NCBI GenBank assembly: GCA_024654525.1 | Contig: JANLHI010000013.1 | Coordinates: 18,036 to 82,035, forward strand | DNA length: 64,000 bases | Origin: Patescibacteria group bacterium | GTDB lineage: Bacteria; Patescibacteriota; Minisyncoccia; UBA6257; 2-01-FULL-56-20 | Direction of reading: 5' to 3' | Shown here: positions 47,056 through 58,425 of the stretch, piece by piece | Position numbering within the stretch: position 1 is the stretch's first letter | Layout: every line of letters starts with the position of its first letter | The notes under the pieces: generated by a model | Told to the model about the DNA's origin: nothing | Seen by the model: only the letters and a program-made list of their open reading frames with translations | Databases searched by the model: none | Position numbers and translations under genes: made by a program

Positions 47056-48116
47056 ATATAAAAAATTCCAAATTGCGGCGTGAGGGGTATACGCTTATTG
47101 AGCTTTTGGTGGCGATAGGGCTCTTTGGGGTGGTAACGGCGATTGCGGTGGGGGGATTCGCTCGTGCGCTTCGCACGCAACGGCAGGCACAACTTCTTCT
47201 TGTATCGAACGGAAACGTAAGTGAGGCGATAGAGGGGATTGCACGTGAACTGCGTGTGGCAAGAGATTTTCAAACCGATGTCGGTGGTTTTGGCAGTACC
47301 TGTTTCGGTGTCGTGGATGGAGCGCCGGCTATTATCCCCTTACAAGGCAATGCGCTCCGATTTAAAAATCCGAAAAATGAAGATGTGATATATCGTGCGT
47401 GTAATAATCGCCTTGAGCGTGGATTGACCGCGGGGGGCAAATTTGCACTCACTGTGTTTAAGCAAGTTTCATCAGGATCCGTAAAGGTTCAAAATCTGGA
47501 ATTTTCTATTTCCGGAAACAAACCGGGTTCCGATGTTTCCAGCGTAAGCAATCAGCCCGATGGATATCCTCCTCGGATTACCATAAAGATTAGCGTGGCT
47601 CCCAATTCGGATGATCCGGGTATCTCGGGGAGCGCGATGAGTCTTCAAACAACCGTAAGCGCACGGCTTATTGATGATCAGCCACCCGCACTCCGAGTAC
47701 GAAAATTTGTACAAAATACCGAAGGAACTGCAGAGCCGAAAGATTTCATGATGGCGGTTGTGGGGAATAAAGTGAGGCCATGCACTCGCTGGGAGGATCT
47801 TACGGATGCTCAAAGGGGAAATATTCCCCGTGAGAGTCTTCTTGTGGAACCGGGCACGGTAGAGGGGAATCCCGACGGTGGCGCGTGCCGTGATATGATT
47901 GCTCCCCTAATGGACAATGTGTGTTATTTCAGAGGATCCGAAGAAGGAACGATTGTAACGCTTGCAGAAGGGGCGTTTTGCGTGGATGAATTGCCAAATT
48001 CTTCGTACGAAAAGTTTTTTGATGATGATTGCAGGAATTCCGAGGGACATGGTTCAGTGCAGGTGGGCGAGACAAAAACATGTTCTCTTATTAATGTAGG
48101 GAAGACAACAAATTAG
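47052..48116 (+). CDS. minor pilin (PilW-like) with fused C-terminal Cys-rich Ig-like domain
   Basis: G|YTLIELLVA; pilin part ends SLQTTVSAR; extra ~145-aa domain. Confidence 0.8.
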   Translation: MNIKNSKLRREGYTLIELLVAIGLFGVVTAIAVGGFARALRTQRQAQLLLVSNGNVSEAIEGIARELRVARDFQTDVGGFGSTCFGVVDGAPAIIPLQGNALRFKNPKNEDVIYRACNNRLERGLTAGGKFALTVFKQVSSGSVKVQNLEFSISGNKPGSDVSSVSNQPDGYPPRITIKISVAPNSDDPGISGSAMSLQTTVSARLIDDQPPALRVRKFVQNTEGTAEPKDFMMAVVGNKVRPCTRWEDLTDAQRGNIPRESLLVEPGTVEGNPDGGACRDMIAPLMDNVCYFRGSEEGTIVTLAEGAFCVDELPNSSYEKFFDDDCRNSEGHGSVQVGETKTCSLINVGKTTN

Positions 48117-48119
48117 AGT

Positions 48120-48560
48120 ATGAATATGAGAGAAAAAATGGCACATGTAAAAGTTCGCACACGAGAAGGACAGGTGATGATGCTCTCTATTCTTGCATTG
48201 GGAGGGATATTTCTTGCGGCAACCACCGTTGCGGGAATGTTGATGGTGGCGCAAATACGGCAGTCGGCGGATTTTCAATCTTCAACCCGGGCAATCGCTG
48301 CGGCGGACACGGGAATTGAATGGGCGCTCTATAGCAGAACACACCCCGATCCAAACGATGCACTTCCGATGCCATCACTCCTTAGCAATGGAGCTACGGT
48401 GGACGTGCGTTGTTTCAATGAGTTGCAGCAAGAAATTTTAGAAAGTGACGGAGGATGCAGTAACGCGTCGACGACCATTATCCAATCAAGCGGGACTTTT
48501 TTGGATGCAAGTCGTATTTTCCAAGTGCAGGACGTAAATCCGTTTATTCCGGGTTTTTAG
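48120..48560 (+). CDS. minor pilin (PilX-like, no Glu5)
   Basis: G|QVMML; AIAAADTGIEWALY. Confidence 0.78.
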   Translation: MNMREKMAHVKVRTREGQVMMLSILALGGIFLAATTVAGMLMVAQIRQSADFQSSTRAIAAADTGIEWALYSRTHPDPNDALPMPSLLSNGATVDVRCFNELQQEILESDGGCSNASTTIIQSSGTFLDASRIFQVQDVNPFIPGF

Positions 48561-50636
<2,076 letters not shown>

Positions 50637-50641
50637 CCGGA

Positions 50642-50679
50642 TCACTACACCATTCGACGATCGGCGGATGGTGTAGTGA
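50642..50679. terminator. long hairpin after ligA (terminator or processing site; no clear U-tract)
   Basis: TCACTACACCATTCG ... CGGATGGTGTAGTGA. Confidence 0.5.
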
Positions 50680-50729
50680 GTCCTCTGTTTGAAAAATAAA
50701 GGAGAGTTCCTTATACTGTGTGGGGCTAT

Positions 50730-50804
50730 GCGGGCGTGGTGTAGCCCGGTTAACACGTTCCCCTGTCACGGGAAAGATCGCCGGTTCGAATCCGGTCGCC
50801 CGCG
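50730..50804 (+). tRNA. tRNA-Asp (GTC)
   Basis: GCGGGCG/CGCCCGC, TTCCC-CTGTCAC-GGGAA, GCCGG-TTCGAAT-CCGGT, G73. Confidence 0.95.
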
Positions 50805-51250
50805 CCGCGTAAAGACTTGCTAAAGCAAGTCCACGCGGCTTCGCCCGAGAAGTCGAAGTGGATGAAGCTGAAGCTTAGTCTTAGCGAGTCGCGTGATGAG
50901 CTTGGCACGTGAGGTAACCCTTTTACGTGCCGTAGCGAATTTTACGCGACAGCGCTAGGATTTATACATGTACTGGGTGTATGTTTTAGAGAATCAGAAT
51001 GACAAGGGCTGGTATATTGGTTATACCATTAATCTTGAGAAGAGGTTAAGGGAACACCAGTCTGGATACGGCTCTCGCACAACAAGTGCCAGGAATAATT
51101 GGGAAATGATATATTACGAAGGTTATAAAAATCAACTAGATGCAAAAGGCAGAGAGAGATTTCTGAAAAGTGGTTCGGGTAGGAAATTTCTGAAGAAGCA
51201 GCTTAAAAATTATTTAGGCGTTGAGTAGTGAACCATCCGGTCGCCCGCGC
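50790..51250 (+). mobile_element. small element at the tRNA-Asp 3' end: structured RNA + GIY-YIG, bounded by a 16-bp direct repeat
   Basis: ATCCGGTCGCCCGCGC at 50790-50805 and 51235-51250. Confidence 0.7.
50968..51228 (+). CDS. stand-alone GIY-YIG nuclease
   Basis: YWVYVL...WYIGYT.NLEKRLREHQSG...YYEGY...AKGRERFLKSGSGR. Confidence 0.92.
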   Translation: MYWVYVLENQNDKGWYIGYTINLEKRLREHQSGYGSRTTSARNNWEMIYYEGYKNQLDAKGRERFLKSGSGRKFLKKQLKNYLGVE

Positions 51251-51633
51251 GTTAGAAATCTGTTCGCCCCGCTTTGCGGGGCGTTACAGTTTCTTACGTC
51301 CCGCCGTAGATCGGGAGTAGCGAATATGCGAAGGTGGACAAGTCTGTTCGCCTCCGCATCTTAAAAGGGATGTGAGTAAAAGACAGTCCCACCATAAAAG
51401 TCCAGATAAAATAATCATATGTTGTACTCCTTTTGGCGATAGGACTAGCTTGCCAATGGGAACAATCAAAACTTCTGTGCTTAAGTTTCAGACGGGTGCA
51501 GGAGTTTTGAAGAAAGAAGGAGATGGTTTTATGGAGTGTATTTATTTGCCTTCACAGTGAGAAACTGCAAAAGCCATCTTTGAACCTGTTGGTATTTCGG
51601 GTTTATTAAGAATTTTGATAAAATAAAAATAAT

Positions 51634-52263
51634 ATGAATACCAATGATTCAGCAAAAACAATAGTGTGCTACGGCGACTCAAACACTTGGGGTAGAGCTC
51701 CTAAAGCTGGGCGTTATCCTAGAAGTGTAAGATGGACGGGTTTTTTGCAAAAATTACTGGGGGATAATTATGAGGTGATAAGTGAAGGAGTTAGCGGAAG
51801 AACATTCGTAGTAGTAGACCCAGAAAATCCTTGGAGGTCTGGCATTACGCACTTGAAATCAATTTTAAGAAGCAATTTACCAATTGATGTAATGATAATA
51901 ATGCTTGGGACTAACGATACTAAGGATAAATTTAATCTAGAATTGGAAGATATTGGAAAACATCTGCAACAAACAATTGATTTAATAAGAAAAGAAGATA
52001 TAAAGAATATCTTGATTGTGTGTCCGTCTGATATTGTTATACCTGAAAGTGGCATCGCAGACCCAAGGTATATAGGGGGTTCAGATAAAATGAAAAAATT
52101 GCCGAAACTCTATAAGGAGGTTGCAGATAAAAATAATTGCCATTTTATAGATGCGGGGCAATATATTGCTTCAAGCACAATAGATGGCCTTCACCTTGAA
52201 CCCGAAGCCCATAAAAAACTTGCGGAGGTGTTAAGAGATGAAATCCTTAAAATGGCAATATAA
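51634..52263 (+). CDS. SGNH/GDSL hydrolase
   Basis: CYGDSNTWG, EGVSGRT, MLGTND, DGLHL; visibly AT-rich. Confidence 0.93.
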   Translation: MNTNDSAKTIVCYGDSNTWGRAPKAGRYPRSVRWTGFLQKLLGDNYEVISEGVSGRTFVVVDPENPWRSGITHLKSILRSNLPIDVMIIMLGTNDTKDKFNLELEDIGKHLQQTIDLIRKEDIKNILIVCPSDIVIPESGIADPRYIGGSDKMKKLPKLYKEVADKNNCHFIDAGQYIASSTIDGLHLEPEAHKKLAEVLRDEILKMAI

Positions 52264-52319
52264 CCATCTATGACCGGTGATTTGGAAAATAAAATAAGGA
52301 GAGCAAAAGAATTTACCAC

Positions 52320-52397
52320 TACTTCGAGGTAATTTTCAAAAGAGTGTATGGAGTCGAGTATTCCGATGAAGAAGCGCGCGAGTCCGACTATTTTTAA
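52320..52397 (+). pseudogene. possible fragment of a small mobile-element protein
   Basis: reads YFEVIFKRVYGVEYSDEEARES, recalling a short helical protein motif from CPR integrative elements; no start codon in frame. Confidence 0.3.
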
Positions 52398-52444
52398 CTG
52401 ATTAATCTCGATAAAGATAGGCAAAAAAATGCTATGATAAGCTG

Positions 52445-52825
52445 ATGTTTCAAGAAAAGAAAAAAATTCTTTGGGAAATTGCGCTATCCGTGGGTATTGT
52501 GTTTATTCCCACATATTTTATTTATCAAAGTTTGGCAGAAGTCACCTCATTTTGGGAGGCGCAGAATTTATGGAGTATCGCACTTGCAGTGTGCTGGATA
52601 GTGGTTGCTGCCGGTTATTATCACCAAGGATGGTTAGTGCACACAAAACGAAAATCAGATGATGTGTCTCTTGTGCTTCCTTCTGCAGTGTTTATGGTGC
52701 AATGCATTTTGTTTGTAAAAGGAATTTATTATCAGGATTGGTCTCTCATATGGGGGGCAATAGTGGTCAATTCCGGCGTAGTATTTAGTTTGTTTCAGAT
52801 TTGGAGGGTACGAAAGAATTCATAA
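52445..52825 (+). CDS. SemiSWEET/PQ-loop-like small transporter candidate
   Basis: YYHQGWLVHTKRKSDDVSL resembles PQ...KTKSxxDIS; GIYYQDWSLI; 3 TM core + 1 extra. Confidence 0.55.
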   Translation: MFQEKKKILWEIALSVGIVFIPTYFIYQSLAEVTSFWEAQNLWSIALAVCWIVVAAGYYHQGWLVHTKRKSDDVSLVLPSAVFMVQCILFVKGIYYQDWSLIWGAIVVNSGVVFSLFQIWRVRKNS

Positions 52826-52834
52826 TGATATGTT

Positions 52835-53467
52835 ATGAGGAATATGGTTCATTCGAATCTTACAAAAGACGAAATTCGCATATTCAAACGCCTCACCACA
52901 CCCGCGAAAATCCAGGACTTTCTCGATACTATTCCCATCAACTTTGAGAAGCATGGAGAAACTCTTTTTTCACCGCGGTGTGTATTTCGTGAATACAAAG
53001 CGCATTGTTTTGAAGGGGCATTGTGTGCCGCTGCGGTGTTGTGGTTCCATGGCGAGCGTCCGTTGATTATGAATCTCGAAAGTGCAGAGGGAGATGATGA
53101 CCATGTTATCGCGCTCTTTAAGCGTTATGGATGTTGGGGCGCGATTACTAAAACCAATCATGCCGTCTTGCGCTTCCGCGAGCCGGTATATAAGACCGTA
53201 CGGGAACTGGTGATGTCTTTTTTTCACGAATATTTTTTGGACGACGGAAAAAAGACTTTGCGGATGTACTCCGATCCACTGGATCTCTCCAAGAGGCGTT
53301 TTAAAGGATGGGTTACCTCCGAGGAGGGTCTTTGGGGCATCAACGAGGCATTTGATGAGGGACTGTATAATCCGCTTATCAATGCAATGCAGATAAAAAA
53401 TCTTCGCGTTGCGGATTCAATAGAGATACGGGCAGGAAAGTTGGTGATGTGGAAGAAGGGGAGATAG
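52835..53467 (+). CDS. conserved hypothetical protein, transglutaminase-like Cys-His motifs
   Basis: TPAKIQDFL, AHCFEGAL, DDDHVIALF, WGAITKTN, REPVYKTVRELVMS. Confidence 0.75.
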   Translation: MRNMVHSNLTKDEIRIFKRLTTPAKIQDFLDTIPINFEKHGETLFSPRCVFREYKAHCFEGALCAAAVLWFHGERPLIMNLESAEGDDDHVIALFKRYGCWGAITKTNHAVLRFREPVYKTVRELVMSFFHEYFLDDGKKTLRMYSDPLDLSKRRFKGWVTSEEGLWGINEAFDEGLYNPLINAMQIKNLRVADSIEIRAGKLVMWKKGR

Positions 53468-53505
53468 GCTATGGGATTATTTAATGCGTTTGGTATTCTG
53501 AAGAT

Positions 53506-53772
53506 ATGTCAGAACGCATTACCGCTATCACCGTCACCTGTAAATGCGGGCAAAAACTTTTTAAGTATCAAAAAGCGGGAACGGGAAGATTGATTAAATG
53601 TTTCATTGCTCGTATTCTTGCGGATTACACCGGGATTCCTGAAAAAATAGGACTTGGTATTGCGGTGCTTTGTCCCGCATGCGGGGGGCGTGTAGGCACC
53701 ACGCAGCGGATTCACGGAAGCGTGGCGATAAAATTGAATCAAGGGCAGATTCAGGGAGTGCGAATTGGGTGA
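53506..53772 (+). CDS. small zinc-ribbon protein
   Basis: CKCGQKLFKYQKAGTGRLIKC...CPACG. Confidence 0.75.
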   Translation: MSERITAITVTCKCGQKLFKYQKAGTGRLIKCFIARILADYTGIPEKIGLGIAVLCPACGGRVGTTQRIHGSVAIKLNQGQIQGVRIG

Positions 53773-53785
53773 TATAATGCACGCT

Positions 53786-54265
53786 ATGGTTATTCTCTTA
53801 AATGGTTCAATTAATTCAGGAAAAACCACTATCGCAAAGTTGCTTCAGAAGAAGATGTCAGATACCGCTTTTATTGAAGTGGATGACCTGCGCAATTTTG
53901 TTTCTTGGATGCCGCTCGCACAATCCATACCATTGAATTTGCAGAATGCGGTGGCGGTTGCAAATAATTTTCTTAAACGGAAGCTCAACGTGATTATTGC
54001 ATACCCGTTTTCGCAGAAGGGCTATCAGTATTTTCGTAAAAATTTAAAAATAACAAGGAACGCTATTTACGTATTTACCTTGCGACCGCAGGAAGAAATT
54101 GCTTCTCATAACCGCGGGGATCGAACACTTACGAGATGGGAGAAGAAAAGGATTCATGTCCATTACAAAGATGAGATTGCAAATCCCAAGTTCGGAGTTG
54201 TGATTGATAGTAGTGAGCATACTCCCATGCGTACTGCTGCGATAATTCTTAAATATTTAAAGTAA
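53786..54265 (+). CDS. P-loop NMP-kinase-like protein
   Basis: ILLNGSINSGKTT; IEVDDLR; -10 7 nt upstream. Confidence 0.8.
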   Translation: MVILLNGSINSGKTTIAKLLQKKMSDTAFIEVDDLRNFVSWMPLAQSIPLNLQNAVAVANNFLKRKLNVIIAYPFSQKGYQYFRKNLKITRNAIYVFTLRPQEEIASHNRGDRTLTRWEKKRIHVHYKDEIANPKFGVVIDSSEHTPMRTAAIILKYLK

Positions 54266-54343
54266 TCAAAAATCCCCTTTCTCATAGGACAGCTTCTCAT
54301 TGTCTGTGGTGATTACTAAACAATGGGGTATACTATGTAAAAT

Positions 54344-56182
54344 ATGTTTGTATGCCAAAACTGTAAAAATTCATTTTCCATTACTTCCGAAGACACCGAT
54401 TTCTATAAAAAAATAGGAGTACCACCGCCAACATTTTGTTGGCTATGTCGTGCGCAGCGGAGGATGGCATTCAGAAATGAAAGGATGCTTTACAAAAGAA
54501 AGAGCGATTTTTCAGGGAAAGAAATTTTTTCGATGTATGCACCCGCCTCTACTACTGTTGCGGCGGGCGAGTCCGATTCGGGATATAAAGTATATGAAAA
54601 AGAGGTGTGGGTATCGGATCAGTGGGATCCTCTCCAATATGGAAAGAAGTATGATTTCAGTCGCCCTTTTTTTGAGCAGTTTAACGAGTTGCTTCACGAA
54701 GTTCCGCTTAAAAACCTTAATGTGGTAAACGGTGTCCGGAGTGATTATAGTAATAACTTTACCGAGCCGAAGAATTGTTATTTATGTTTCAACGGCAACA
54801 AATCGGAGGATTGCATGTATAGTCACGGGCTTACGCAATGCAGTGATTGTGTTGATGTATCGCACCTTTCAAAGTGTGAAAGTTGTTATGAAAGCTTTTG
54901 GCTTACGGGGTGTTCCCGCAATGTGGGGTGTGAGAATTGTGAAAACTCTTTCAATCTCTGGTTTTGCAAGAACTGCGTGGGGTGTTCCGACTGTGTAGGA
55001 TGCGTGGGGCTTCGTAAAAAGCAATATTATATTTTCAACCGCCCTTATTCAAAAGAGGAGTATCAAGGAAAATTTAAGGAATTGAATCTCGGTTCGTGGG
55101 AGTCATACCAAAAGATTAAAACGCAGGCAGAGGAATTGCACCTTAATTTTCCAAACAAATTTATTGATGGATTGAATAATGCGCGCGTGAGCGGTAATTA
55201 TGTGGATCATTCAAAAAATGTTCATGATTCCTTCTTTGTACGTGAAGGAGAAAATCTGAAGTTTTGCCAATATCTTCAGGAGCTTCCCGGGTGTAAGGAT
55301 TGTTATGACTGGTCGGTGTGGGGTGACAATGGACAGTTGATGTATGAGTGTCATGCGTGCGGATTAGGAACGCAGAATGTTCGGTTTTCCCTTTTTGTGC
55401 AAGAGGATTCACATGACATCGAATATTCCATGATATGCAGTGGCTCGCATCACTTGTTTGGGTGCGTGGGACTCCGCAAGAAGGAATATTGCATTTTTAA
55501 CACGCAATACCGCAAAGAAGAGTGGGAAGCGCTTGTGCCAAAAATCCGCGAACACATGAATGCAATGCCATATATCGACAAAGCAGGGTGCATATATAAA
55601 TATGGTGAATTTTTCCCTGCGGAACTTGCACCTGTGGCATATGAAGAATCCATGGCGCAGGAGTATTTTCCCTTGAACGAGGAGGAGATTAAGAAAAATG
55701 GGTATGTGTGGCGCGACTTCGGAAATCGGAATTACACTCCTACGCTTACGTTTGAAAAAATCCCTGACAATATTACCGATGTTCCCGATTCTATTACCGA
55801 TGAGGTTATTTCGTGCGCTCATGCAGGAAAGAAGTGCGGGCAATTATGCGTGAGTGCATTCCGCATTACCGTTGATGAGCTTACATTTCACAAAAAATTG
55901 GGAATACCGTTGCCGCGCATGTGCCACAATTGCCGGACGTTTGAGCGTTTGAAACGTCGCACGGGGTTGCAGCTTTTTGAGCGGAGATGTGAGTGCGCCG
56001 GAAGCGTATCAAATAACGGATTATATACAAATACCGTGGTACATTCTCACGGCGAAAATCAGTGTGCTACACGATTTGAGACTGCGTACGGACCAGACCC
56101 GAATTCTGCCGAAAGCTCCCGCGAGGCAAGGCGGAAAGAGATACTATATTGCGAAGAGTGTTATCACGCGGAAGTAGCATAA
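54344..56182 (+). CDS. large Cys-rich zinc-ribbon/beta-helix protein typical of CPR
   Basis: CQNCK, PPPTFCWLCRAQRRMAFRNER, YDFSRPFFEQF, CVGLRKKQYYIFN, YGEFFP, PLPRMCHNCR, YCEECY. Confidence 0.85.
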   Translation: MFVCQNCKNSFSITSEDTDFYKKIGVPPPTFCWLCRAQRRMAFRNERMLYKRKSDFSGKEIFSMYAPASTTVAAGESDSGYKVYEKEVWVSDQWDPLQYGKKYDFSRPFFEQFNELLHEVPLKNLNVVNGVRSDYSNNFTEPKNCYLCFNGNKSEDCMYSHGLTQCSDCVDVSHLSKCESCYESFWLTGCSRNVGCENCENSFNLWFCKNCVGCSDCVGCVGLRKKQYYIFNRPYSKEEYQGKFKELNLGSWESYQKIKTQAEELHLNFPNKFIDGLNNARVSGNYVDHSKNVHDSFFVREGENLKFCQYLQELPGCKDCYDWSVWGDNGQLMYECHACGLGTQNVRFSLFVQEDSHDIEYSMICSGSHHLFGCVGLRKKEYCIFNTQYRKEEWEALVPKIREHMNAMPYIDKAGCIYKYGEFFPAELAPVAYEESMAQEYFPLNEEEIKKNGYVWRDFGNRNYTPTLTFEKIPDNITDVPDSITDEVISCAHAGKKCGQLCVSAFRITVDELTFHKKLGIPLPRMCHNCRTFERLKRRTGLQLFERRCECAGSVSNNGLYTNTVVHSHGENQCATRFETAYGPDPNSAESSREARRKEILYCEECYHAEVA

Positions 56183-56216
56183 GAAAAATCGCCGAGGCCC
56201 CGGCGATTTTTCTTAT
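56179..56216. terminator. bidirectional terminator
   Basis: ATAAGAAAAATCGCCG-aggccc-CGGCGATTTTTCTTAT. Confidence 0.9.
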
Positions 56217-56232
56217 ATGCGATAACGAAAAT

Positions 56233-56667
56233 TTATTCCGCGTTCACTTCCACTTTCTTTTTCTTCTCTGCGCCGGACTTGGGAAGTGTGATGGTAAGCA
56301 CTCCATTTTTTGATTTTGCAACCACCTTTTCCGCGTCCACGCGTACAGGAAGCGAAAACGCTCTCCGGAATTCTCCGTATTCCCGTTCGTAGCGGTACAC
56401 TTTTGCATCTTTTTCCTCTTCTTCCTTGCTGATTTTTCCCGAGAGAGAAATTGAGTCTTCGTTTACATCGATTTCAATATCCTTCGGATCAATTCCGGGA
56501 ACATTTGCGGTAATAGTCACTTCGCTCTCGGTTTCCGCAATATCTACTTTGGGAAATGAGGGGCGAAGAGGGGAGAGCGCGAAACTCGTCCTATCACCGA
56601 ACGGATCCCAAAAATCTCCGTCAAAGAAGCGATGCGCCAAAGCGTTGTCTTTGCGAATGATATTCAT
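56233..56667 (-). CDS. small heat-shock protein Hsp20
   Basis: PKVDIAET, VPGIDPKDIEI, YEREYGEFRRAFSLP, KNGVLTITLPK; start set at MNIIRK. Confidence 0.95.
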   Translation of the reverse strand: MNIIRKDNALAHRFFDGDFWDPFGDRTSFALSPLRPSFPKVDIAETESEVTITANVPGIDPKDIEIDVNEDSISLSGKISKEEEEKDAKVYRYEREYGEFRRAFSLPVRVDAEKVVAKSKNGVLTITLPKSGAEKKKKVEVNAE

Positions 56668-56722
56668 GAAAATAATGTTATGGTGTGTTATGCGCGCGAC
56701 CTTTCCCATTATAATATTCATA

Positions 56723-56749
56723 TTAGCAGTCATGTCAAGAGATTGCTAA
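56723..56749. promoter_or_regulatory. CIRCE element (HrcA operator) overlapping the hsp20 -35
   Basis: TTAGCAGTC-N9-GATTGCTAA vs consensus TTAGCACTC-N9-GAGTGCTAA; TTGACA on the minus strand inside the spacer. Confidence 0.88.
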
Positions 56750-56756
56750 TTACAAG

Positions 56757-56872
56757 AGAAAAACAAAGGTCCTTCGTTGAAAAATAGTGAAGGACCTTTT
56801 AAAATTGTACGGCAGATTTGCCGTTAGTTGTTCCTGCTCTCGCAGGAAATATTTTCAGCTATCAAAGAGCTT
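56757..56872 (-). ncRNA. candidate ~115-nt small RNA
   Basis: promoter TTGACC-16-TAGAAT, boxA-like GCTCTTTGATA, two short hairpins, terminator; no ATG. Confidence 0.45.
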
Positions 56873-56957
56873 ACTACTATTCTAGATTTTCTTGACAAGA
56901 GGTCAAGTTAAGATTGTGGATAACTGAAAATCGCTTTATTTTGCAAGGCCTTAGAGC

Positions 56958-58412
56958 CTATCGTGATTCTTCGTAAAGTCTTCCAAGTCCCAAAATATCG
57001 GGTTCATGGAAGGGTTTTCCGATGAGTTGGAATCCCACGGGGAGCGTTGAAAATTCTTTATCAACAGGAAGAGAAAGCCCGGGGAGCCCTGCGAGATTCA
57101 GAGAGAGAGTAAAAATATCTTCAAGATACATTGCAAGCGGGTCATTTACCTTTTCCCCTATTTTAAACGGAAGCGTGGGAGTGAGGGGAGTAAGAAGTAC
57201 GTCTACCGACTCAAACGCTTTTTCGAAATCTTGTTTGATAAGTGTGCGTACGCGTTGTGCTTTGTCGTAATATGCATCGTAATAACCGGATGACAAGACG
57301 AATGTACCGAGAATGATGCGGCGTTTCGGTTCCGCGCCAAATCCTTCACCCCGTTGCATGAGATACAGTTCCTGAAGCTGTTTGCCCTCTATTTCCTGCT
57401 TCCTGATTCTTGAATATCGTATTCCATCAAACCGCGCAAGATTTGACGAGGATTCCGCGGGAACAATGATGTAATAGCACGGTACCGCATATTTTGTATG
57501 CGGAAGTGAAACTTCTTGCACAGAAAGACCAAGAGACTTCATTTTTGAAATCGCCTTCTCTATATTTGAGTGTACTGTGGGATCGAGTCCATCGATAAAA
57601 TATTCTTTCGGAAGTCCGATGCGAAGTTTTCTGATACGGGAGAAATCGGGATTCAAAAGTTGTTCGCGGTATGTATCGGAATTTTCCGGATCGGCACTTG
57701 TCGCGTCGAGTGGATCTTTTCCGCGAATCACATCGAATACAATCGCTGCATCTTCTACAGTTTTTGTAATGGGACCGATTTGATCCAAACTTGATGTCAT
57801 CGCAATAAGCCCCGAACGGGAAACTGCGCCATAGGTCGGTTTGAGTCCCACCATACCGCAGAACGCAGAAGGTTGGCGCACAGATCCGCCGGTGTCCGAA
57901 CCCAATGCCGCGATAGCCATATCGGAAGCCACTGCGGCAGCGGAACCGCCGGAAGAACCTCCCGGAACGCGCGTGGGGTCATGAGGGTTTGTGGTTATTT
58001 TAAACGCCGAATTTTCGGTAGAAGATCCCATCGCAAATTCATCAAGATTTGTTTTACCGAGCAATACTGTTTTCTGTTCTTTTAGTTTAGCAATTACAGT
58101 TGCATCATAACTTGAGGTGTAATGTTCCAGTATTTTTGATGCGGCGGTAGTAATTTCGTTTTTTACCAGCATATTATCTTTGACCGCGAAGGGAATTCCC
58201 GCGAGCATGGGAACCTTTTCATTTTTCGCAATTGAGATGTCCACCTGTTCCGCTTCGCGGAGTGCGGTTTCTTCACGTGTACTCAAATAGGCGTTTATCA
58301 CGCCGTCTTTTTCTCGGATGCGAGCATAATAACCCTCCGCAATTTCAAGCGCCGTGAATTCTTTATTTATAAGGCCGTCGTGAAAGTTTTTAATGGTAAG
58401 ATTTTTTGCCAT
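56958..58412 (-). CDS. gatA: Asp/Glu-tRNA amidotransferase subunit A
   Basis: GKTNLDEFAMGSSTENS, PGGSSGGSAAAV, GSDTGGSVRQP, SSNLARFDGIRY, RRIILGTFVLSSGYYDAYY. Confidence 0.98.
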   Translation of the reverse strand: MAKNLTIKNFHDGLINKEFTALEIAEGYYARIREKDGVINAYLSTREETALREAEQVDISIAKNEKVPMLAGIPFAVKDNMLVKNEITTAASKILEHYTSSYDATVIAKLKEQKTVLLGKTNLDEFAMGSSTENSAFKITTNPHDPTRVPGGSSGGSAAAVASDMAIAALGSDTGGSVRQPSAFCGMVGLKPTYGAVSRSGLIAMTSSLDQIGPITKTVEDAAIVFDVIRGKDPLDATSADPENSDTYREQLLNPDFSRIRKLRIGLPKEYFIDGLDPTVHSNIEKAISKMKSLGLSVQEVSLPHTKYAVPCYYIIVPAESSSNLARFDGIRYSRIRKQEIEGKQLQELYLMQRGEGFGAEPKRRIILGTFVLSSGYYDAYYDKAQRVRTLIKQDFEKAFESVDVLLTPLTPTLPFKIGEKVNDPLAMYLEDIFTLSLNLAGLPGLSLPVDKEFSTLPVGFQLIGKPFHEPDILGLGRLYEESR

Positions 58413-58425
58413 TGGATATATCTCT

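Noticed and set aside
51372-51560. Small CDS or recombinase remnant after the GIY-YIG element
   Set aside because: GTG-start 62-aa ORF without a recognisable motif; cannot be supported.
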